A stretch of 30,551 nt of DNA from a virus (lineage: Duplodnaviria > Caudoviricetes): positions 1-30,551 of the IMG/VR virus record IMGVR_UViG_3300036982_000457. One strand, given 5' to 3'. The notes under the pieces were generated by a model. The model ran no database searches. It had not been told where the DNA came from and worked only from the letters and a program-made list of their open reading frames with translations. Of the stretch, positions 24,742-30,551 are shown one piece after another. Positions within the stretch are counted from its first letter, which is position 1; each line of letters starts with the position of its first letter. Position numbers and translations under genes: made by a program.

Positions 24742-25008
24742 TTACACCCCATATCCTGCGTAAAAATCTGCGTCTGGCGTAGTAGTAAGTCTGAAGACTT
24801 TCCTCATCAGCACAGGATCAACAAAATATGGTGATCCGTCAATAGTTTTCGTGATAGCTTCTGCGTCTGTTTTATTGTTCATAGGACAGTATTTTACAAC
24901 TGCATCAACATTAGACCTCAGAAAGAAACCGTGATCATCGGTAAAATCACCGCTTGACAGATCAATCGGCTTTTCGTAAAGTATGTTCCCTAGTGAATGT
25001 GTTTGCAT
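24742..25008 (-). CDS. Small structural/hypothetical protein
   Basis: Probable start ATG 25008 (MQTHSLGN); the longer track start overlaps the adaptor gene. Confidence 0.6.
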   Translation of the reverse strand: MQTHSLGNILYEKPIDLSSGDFTDDHGFFLRSNVDAVVKYCPMNNKTDAEAITKTIDGSPYFVDPVLMRKVFRLTTTPDADFYAGYGV

Positions 25009-25030
25009 ATATTTAAATATTAAGTTTATC

Positions 25031-25579
25031 TCAATCACCAATTGCACGAAAAATTCCTCTATTGTCACTACATGAACCCCCGCACCCACAGGCGTGATCT
25101 TCCCACAGCGGGTAATTAGCATGGTTCCTGTCAAGAAAAGTAATCACCTCACACTTAATAGACTCCGCAGTTAATCTCGCCTCAGCCTCTAACCTCTGCA
25201 TGATCTTATCCGTTATCGGAGTTGACAGATCAGAGTCTTTTACGACTATCCCGGCTGCGGTATAATTAAACGCTGTACGATTGGTAAACCTTGCAAACGC
25301 ATAGTAAATTATCGCTGCCTTAAGTCCTTGGAACAAATAAGTATGAGTATCATGAACATAACTACCACCGTCAAGTAAAAGCTGATTAGCTACTGAAATA
25401 GTAGTAGGTAATGTGGAAGCCTGAACAATTAACTCATTCAATAGTCCGTCAGTAAGCCAAAACTTAACATCCAGCATCTGTGCCTCAGATACAAACTGAA
25501 CCCATGAAGTCGAGTTTTTTACACTATCACAAATATATTTGTAAGAATCTAAGTCCGATTTAGTTACCAGTGAGATCAT
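25031..25579 (-). CDS. Head-tail adaptor-like protein
   Basis: Directly after the portal; EAQMLDVK..LLDGGSY..GLKAAIIYYAFARF..YPLW, with Cys-rich tail. Confidence 0.7.
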   Translation of the reverse strand: MISLVTKSDLDSYKYICDSVKNSTSWVQFVSEAQMLDVKFWLTDGLLNELIVQASTLPTTISVANQLLLDGGSYVHDTHTYLFQGLKAAIIYYAFARFTNRTAFNYTAAGIVVKDSDLSTPITDKIMQRLEAEARLTAESIKCEVITFLDRNHANYPLWEDHACGCGGSCSDNRGIFRAIGD

Positions 25580-26961
25580 TGTCCAATTATTATTGTTGCA
25601 TCTTCTTCCGTTAATGCAAATAGTTTAATCAATAGTTGTTTCTTCTGTTCCGGTGTTAATAAAGGATCTGTAACAACGGTAATCAATGCCTGAGTTCCAC
25701 CAACGCCTAATGTCTGCGCCAATACAGGATCGTCAGATTGAGTAATAGTTGATTCTTCAAATCCTATCAATGAACGCCTTTCATTAAGAGTAAGGTCTTG
25801 TAATAGTGCGGGATCTATTTCCTCATTTGTGCTTTCATATACCGCTGGTAATATGCTAAAATCTGTAAACTGTACCATATAAAATTCAAGTAGATCAGAA
25901 AAAGCTACCTCAATCATTCTCCGCTCATTCCCTGTTGTGGAATTAAATACATCGTAAGCGTTTTTCATGAGTTTTGCGCCAAACCCTGCACCTACGTCAA
26001 CACCTCTCAGGATCGGAGGTATCATGAACATTTTTCCTATGTTCTCCTGAACGGTCTTCTCGGTAACTTCAAACTGCCGATCATAGTTCTTTGCAGTGAA
26101 ATCTATAAACTCAGGCTTCTCCTCATCACTATCAATATCAACCACCCAAATCTTAGAAGTGTTCTCATCTCCCTGCATCCTCTTGATCTCGCTTGCGCTT
26201 TCGGTCTGTTGCTGATTATATGGATCGTGCGTGTCAACCGATCCATCTGACATAGTACGGGGCTTTATGCCTTTTCTTACAAGTATCCCGGAAGGAAGAA
26301 AATTAAACTTAGCGTTTCTGTGCTTAACCGTAGAAACACTTTCCTCTGTTAGCATATCAGTTATGACAGGATCGAAAGGACTTATTGGATATTCAAACTC
26401 ACCATCAACTGTAAAGTAGAATACCTGACCGAGATAATTCTCAGGGCTACCAGCCTCAAGTATCTGATCCATGACCTTCTCTGGTGCAAACGTATCAATA
26501 AAAAGAACATCCTGCATCCTGAATGGTCTGCCTGTTATATTAGTCCAGTCCGGGTAAACGGCAATCTTCCCGGTATATTTACCATTAGAGGCAATCTCTA
26601 AACGACAATGCTCGAAAGGGATATTAAGATATTCATAAGGTAATCCGAGTCCGTCATACTTGACCAGACAGGCAAAGCCATTGAAGTGCTTCAGGTCTTT
26701 TGTAAACTTTCTTAACAAGGAATTGGCTTTCTCGCCATTGGAGTTAAGTACCTGTTCAGCAAGCAGGGGATCAGTGAACCCACCACCCTCAACGAACTTA
26801 ACGTAAATATCCATACAGGTCTTGCCCGTACCAGAACTATTTACTATCTCCAATACTTTCTGAGGGTAGTCGTTATTAGTGCCATACCCTTTGATGCGTT
26901 TTGAAGTAATATAGATGTTCCGCTCAACTCTTTGTGCCGTTTTAGTAGCGGATACTCTCAT
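25576..26961 (-). CDS. Portal protein
   Basis: YGTNNDYPQ..SGTG..C, NFLPSG, PPILRG and LTLNERRSLIGF motifs; size and position fit. Confidence 0.88.
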   Translation of the reverse strand: MRVSATKTAQRVERNIYITSKRIKGYGTNNDYPQKVLEIVNSSGTGKTCMDIYVKFVEGGGFTDPLLAEQVLNSNGEKANSLLRKFTKDLKHFNGFACLVKYDGLGLPYEYLNIPFEHCRLEIASNGKYTGKIAVYPDWTNITGRPFRMQDVLFIDTFAPEKVMDQILEAGSPENYLGQVFYFTVDGEFEYPISPFDPVITDMLTEESVSTVKHRNAKFNFLPSGILVRKGIKPRTMSDGSVDTHDPYNQQQTESASEIKRMQGDENTSKIWVVDIDSDEEKPEFIDFTAKNYDRQFEVTEKTVQENIGKMFMIPPILRGVDVGAGFGAKLMKNAYDVFNSTTGNERRMIEVAFSDLLEFYMVQFTDFSILPAVYESTNEEIDPALLQDLTLNERRSLIGFEESTITQSDDPVLAQTLGVGGTQALITVVTDPLLTPEQKKQLLIKLFALTEEDATIIIGQ

Positions 26962-27440
26962 TATTTCTTCCCTTTCTTAACTACCTTTTTTACAGGAGGA
27001 TCAATAACGCTTGCAATTATATCCTCAGGTGTTGGCGGGATAACCTCAATACTGGGCGGTATGATCTTTACAGCAGGAGATACATAGGCAGAATTAGATG
27101 GTATCCTTGCAAAATAAATATCCCTTGACGGATACCTCTTTAGGTATTCCCCTGCAAGCTCATCGGTAACGGTATCATTTGTAAATGCCTTTACTCCCTT
27201 GAATGCCTCATCAAACTGAGCTACATATCCTCTTTTGAGTTCGTAATTAATTGTTGCCATTTTTGTATTATTAATGATTTCATACAAGGCTTCAATATAA
27301 CAGGTAGAACACGTTACTTTGATACTCTTTCCGGTTAACTCTTTATAAGCCTTCCGTATCTTGGCGTTTCTTGTACTATTTCTTGAGCCTTTGTAGTTTA
27401 CATACTCTCTCGCAAAAGCATGGATTTCATCTGTTAACAT
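26961..27440 (-). CDS. Conserved morphogenesis-region protein with CxxC
   Basis: TCSTCY; LAGEYLKRYP..YF. Probable start ATG 27440. Confidence 0.6.
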   Translation of the reverse strand: MLTDEIHAFAREYVNYKGSRNSTRNAKIRKAYKELTGKSIKVTCSTCYIEALYEIINNTKMATINYELKRGYVAQFDEAFKGVKAFTNDTVTDELAGEYLKRYPSRDIYFARIPSNSAYVSPAVKIIPPSIEVIPPTPEDIIASVIDPPVKKVVKKGKK

Positions 27441-27472
27441 AAAAAATGTGCGGATTTTAACCCGCACCTATT

Positions 27473-28108
27473 TTAATGCATCGTACCGGGAGCGCAGCAA
27501 GGAGCTAACAGAGAATGAACAGCAGCCTTAGTTGCAGTGATAGTACCACCAACAAACAGTGTCAGAGGCATATAGGACTCTTTCAGCTTATCTGAACAGC
27601 CTGCGGTAAGTAGCCATCCTCCAAGAAGTTCATCGGAGTTAGCATCTCTTTCAGCAGCGTTCAACTCAAGACCAAAGTCATATCCCAAAACCTCAAAGAC
27701 TGTACGTCCTGCACCAAGAACTGCATCAGCCTTATTGTAATTATTCTCGATAATAACAACAAACCGACTATCTTTTGCATTCTCGATCCAGAGCTTATCC
27801 TCAGGAGTATTGTCAAAGATTCTGAAAACAAATCCATGATCCCATACCTTCTGGAATGTCTTCTTTACCAGAGTCGCTTTATGCTCATTTGAAAAGTTGT
27901 ATCCCGTAACACAATAAGCGTAGCAAGGAGGAGATACAGTCTTCAAGACTAACTGCGTTAGCAGTAGTGGATTATCGGGGTCAAACGTGCTTAGGTCTTT
28001 ATCAATACAATCAAGATTGATAAAGTAAGCTACATCCTTAATTCCGGGAACCAAATTCTCACAGTTCTTAAGGATGCAATCTACTATTTGATTACAGCCT
28101 ATTGTCAT
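27473..28108 (-). CDS. Structural protein after the capsid gene (tail-tube-like candidate)
   Basis: Cys-rich N-terminus, PGIK..YFIN, FVVIIEN, FEVLGYDFGL motifs. Confidence 0.65.
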   Translation of the reverse strand: MTIGCNQIVDCILKNCENLVPGIKDVAYFINLDCIDKDLSTFDPDNPLLLTQLVLKTVSPPCYAYCVTGYNFSNEHKATLVKKTFQKVWDHGFVFRIFDNTPEDKLWIENAKDSRFVVIIENNYNKADAVLGAGRTVFEVLGYDFGLELNAAERDANSDELLGGWLLTAGCSDKLKESYMPLTLFVGGTITATKAAVHSLLAPCCAPGTMH

Positions 28109-28119
28109 AGTCTTTCAGA

Positions 28120-29208
28120 TTAGCGTCCTACCATTAACAAACGGTCATCTATAATCTTAGCATCGAAAGCATCAACTGCCTCAATCCTGTTATAGCGACT
28201 TCTTGTATCGTAGGAAACATTTATATTCTCAAACAAAGATGTACAAGCCATCCCGATATTCAGGTTAGAAACAGTTGTATAAACAACCCTGTGAGGATCA
28301 TTCCAACGACCTGTGATTGTGTCGTTTTCATAGGTACGGATAACCTCGTCCCACAAAGGAACTGATACCAGACGTATTCCATCCCATGTTGCAAACTCAA
28401 GACCGCCTGTCATTAGTTTATAGTCCTGAAATGCAGTACCAAGAGCCTGAAGCTGTCTGCGCAGTCTGTCCATTACTGAACGGGTGACAAGAAGAATCCT
28501 GTCAGGCTGTTGACTTAGTACGGTTGGACCAGCATCAATAATAGCATTAACAGCGTTGTAGGTCAACAGCGGAGTTGCTACTGTACCCTGAAGTGCATAA
28601 GTTGCCTGATTATTTCCCGGCATTGCGTTCACCTGAAGTGGGTTCAGAGCATAAATAGTAGCCATCTGATCCCAGAACCCGTTGAATACATTGAAGAAAT
28701 TACGATCAACCAAAGGAGTAAGAACACCTGCGGGTACGTTATTGGCGTGGATGTGTCCGAACCAAGCATAACGAAGGATTTCTTTCGGTAAATCCCTTGA
28801 ATAGATGTTCAGGATGAAATTGAATATCTCGGTTTTGGTCAGATCATAAGGATTTGTGCAGTCGATGTAGAATCTCATCAAAGAGTTTTCCACCTCGTCA
28901 ATACACATATCATTTATAAACTCCAGATATTTTGGTTCCCATGTTTTCTCAATAGCGATAGCCTCATGGCACTGTGCTACAGGATCGCATGACTGGGCAG
29001 CTTTAAGGATCAGTCCGAATGTTCCGGGTATGATACCTATTCTTTTGTCGTTCTTGATTCCGGTTACAAGCGTGTGAAACGAGTTCAACGGAGGTGCTTC
29101 AAGAACAGCGGTTACGACTAATTCACTTAGACTCCTGAGTTCGTCAGCGGTAAAGTGAAGGGCATCGAGATTCAGTTTGTGTCCGCATTGCGGTGTAGTG
29201 ATTGGCAT
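28120..29208 (-). CDS. Major capsid protein
   Basis: 362 aa directly after protease/scaffold; EKTWEP, RYAWFG, FNGFW, WDGI motifs. Confidence 0.85.
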   Translation of the reverse strand: MPITTPQCGHKLNLDALHFTADELRSLSELVVTAVLEAPPLNSFHTLVTGIKNDKRIGIIPGTFGLILKAAQSCDPVAQCHEAIAIEKTWEPKYLEFINDMCIDEVENSLMRFYIDCTNPYDLTKTEIFNFILNIYSRDLPKEILRYAWFGHIHANNVPAGVLTPLVDRNFFNVFNGFWDQMATIYALNPLQVNAMPGNNQATYALQGTVATPLLTYNAVNAIIDAGPTVLSQQPDRILLVTRSVMDRLRRQLQALGTAFQDYKLMTGGLEFATWDGIRLVSVPLWDEVIRTYENDTITGRWNDPHRVVYTTVSNLNIGMACTSLFENINVSYDTRSRYNRIEAVDAFDAKIIDDRLLMVGR

Positions 29209-29209
29209 T

Positions 29210-30328
29210 TTATTCAGTTTTAATTGATGATTTCTTTCTCAGTTCACGTACTTTGTTAAGGTCAACATCTCCAACCTTATCAACAGCAGATGTAAATCTT
29301 GTTCTGCTCTCAGGCTTATAGGAGTTTTTGAGTGCAGTCAACTCGGTTACAAGCGCAACGGCTTCCACTTCCTTAGCTTTGAATGAAGCCTCAGCAGCAA
29401 CCAGGTCAGGTTTCCCCGCCTCAGATGCTACTAACTTAGCCTCAAGATCAGCGATCTTTTCTTTAGCCAAGTCCAGTTCAGTCTTTTCATCTTCCGGTTC
29501 TGCTATAGTTGTTACAACACCGGCTGATATTGTAATTACCTGTCCTGAAGACATGGTAAATGTTCCATCGGGAGAAGCCTTATCACCAACAGCGGGACCT
29601 CCGGTTTCCTTATCCAGTTTAAATTCTTTCCCGTCCTTATCGACCAGCGTTTGATCTTTCGGATCGAGTCTTGAGAAGTTGGCAATCTTGGCTAATGCGC
29701 CATCAAGCGTACTTCCTAGTTTTTCAAAAAAAGCCTTTTCATCCATAATATTTATTTTTGGTTTTACGTAAGCATAAGCTATAATTGGTTCAAGAATCTT
29801 AGTTGCAAATCCAAGAGAAAGCATATCTTCGGCAGAGAGTTTAGTATCATCTTTCATATACTCCGCAAGTTTTGCCTTATCAGTTCCGGTCTTCTGAGCA
29901 TAAAAATCAAGTATCTTTTCTTCCTCTTGTTTGAGTCCTTCGGCAATTCTCAGAAGATCACCAGAACCGTAAGCACCCATAAGGGTTTCAGGGGGGATAT
30001 ATGGATTGTGAATTAACCCATCGGCATTTTTCATCATCTCTCTTTCCGATCCGGCAAGAAAAACAATAGTTGCAATAGAGTAAACCTTACCTTCGCAAAT
30101 AGTCTTTACTTTCTTTCCTGAGTTAGTCAGAAGATCATAGATAGACCAACCTTCCTGAACATCACCTCCTCTGGAATTTATCCTTACTGTAATTGAATCA
30201 GCTTCTTTGTTTTGTTCCAGAAAATTCATTACCATAGTAGCATCAGTAGCACCATCAGAAATACCAAACATCTCCATCATCTTGTCAGGAGTTCCAATAT
30301 CACCGTATATTTTAAGTACTGCTTCCAT
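29210..30328 (-). CDS. ClpP-like (S14) prohead protease fused to scaffold region
   Basis: INSRGGDVQEG, YSIAT (Ser), LIHNP (His), GFAT and C-terminal coiled coil. Probable start ATG 30328 (TAATG overlap). Confidence 0.92.
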   Translation of the reverse strand: MEAVLKIYGDIGTPDKMMEMFGISDGATDATMVMNFLEQNKEADSITVRINSRGGDVQEGWSIYDLLTNSGKKVKTICEGKVYSIATIVFLAGSEREMMKNADGLIHNPYIPPETLMGAYGSGDLLRIAEGLKQEEEKILDFYAQKTGTDKAKLAEYMKDDTKLSAEDMLSLGFATKILEPIIAYAYVKPKINIMDEKAFFEKLGSTLDGALAKIANFSRLDPKDQTLVDKDGKEFKLDKETGGPAVGDKASPDGTFTMSSGQVITISAGVVTTIAEPEDEKTELDLAKEKIADLEAKLVASEAGKPDLVAAEASFKAKEVEAVALVTELTALKNSYKPESRTRFTSAVDKVGDVDLNKVRELRKKSSIKTE

Positions 30329-30435
30329 TACCATAACCAATTATCAACATCTAACATCTGATTCGGATCAAGGGTATCATCCAAGTTATCACCAAGATCA
30401 ACAATTCCCCATATTATAAAATAAAATGTAACCAT
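30328..30435 (-). CDS. 35-aa acidic peptide
   Basis: MVTFYFIIWGIVDLGDNLDDTLDPNQMLDVDNWLW*, with TAATG overlaps at both ends. Confidence 0.55.
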   Translation of the reverse strand: MVTFYFIIWGIVDLGDNLDDTLDPNQMLDVDNWLW

Positions 30436-30551
30436 TATGGTAATCCATTGCACCCAAAAATAAAATAGTAAATCTGATCGTCCACTACAGGAAAATGACC
30501 ATCGTCATATAGCCAATGCTCCATTGGAATAGTGCCGTAACGAGTATACGC
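30435..30551 (-). CDS. 3' end of an upstream ORF (truncated)
   Basis: ...AYTRYGTIPMEHWLYDDGHFPVVDDQIYYFIFGCNGLP*, open from the window edge. Confidence 0.5.
   Translation of the reverse strand, partial: AYTRYGTIPMEHWLYDDGHFPVVDDQIYYFIFGCNGLP

Noticed and set aside
25009-25134. Extended N-termini given by the ORF track (also 21815-21886, 3885-3905, 27441-27467, 30329-30340)
   Set aside because: They overlap neighbouring genes or use non-ATG starts; downstream ATGs fit coupling and spacing better.
2467-29208. Recurring SP/TP motifs (TSPIASPP, VSPT, VSPP, TTP) in structural proteins as modification sites
   Set aside because: Short low-complexity motifs; enrichment cannot be shown without statistics.
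3496-30419. All plus-strand ORFs in the track
   Set aside because: Short, antisense to well-supported minus-strand genes, and without recognisable motifs.

Overview
About 30.5 kb of a tailed dsDNA phage (or prophage) with every credible gene on the minus strand. The host is probably Bacteroidota, based on TAnnTTTG promoter boxes and A-rich starts lacking Shine-Dalgarno sites. In transcription order (right to left): Clp protease/scaffold, major capsid, structural genes, portal, head-tail adaptor, BppU-like/FN3-like/SGNH virion accessories, an HNH-AP2 cassette, an HYR-like lipoprotein, a lysis module (M15 endolysin, holins, spanin-like), terminator and early promoter, then recombination/replication genes (DnaA-IV-like, ERF, SSB, DUF1367, HNH). 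These are followed by a GNAT-methyltransferase + radical SAM + MazG-like cluster, a GIY-YIG cassette, a replisome organizer, small early genes, terminase S/L and the start of the tail module. Highlights: (1) two unrelated small nucleases each carry their own promoter and a structurally equivalent 5' RNA (nested stems whose loop pairs with the leader); (2) a tail protein with two C-type-lectin-fold domains, the second apparently circularly permuted; (3) a candidate DNA-modification cluster with a frameshifted radical SAM gene; (4) three gene insertions marked by duplicated gene ends. All family assignments come from motif recognition by eye, not from database searches.
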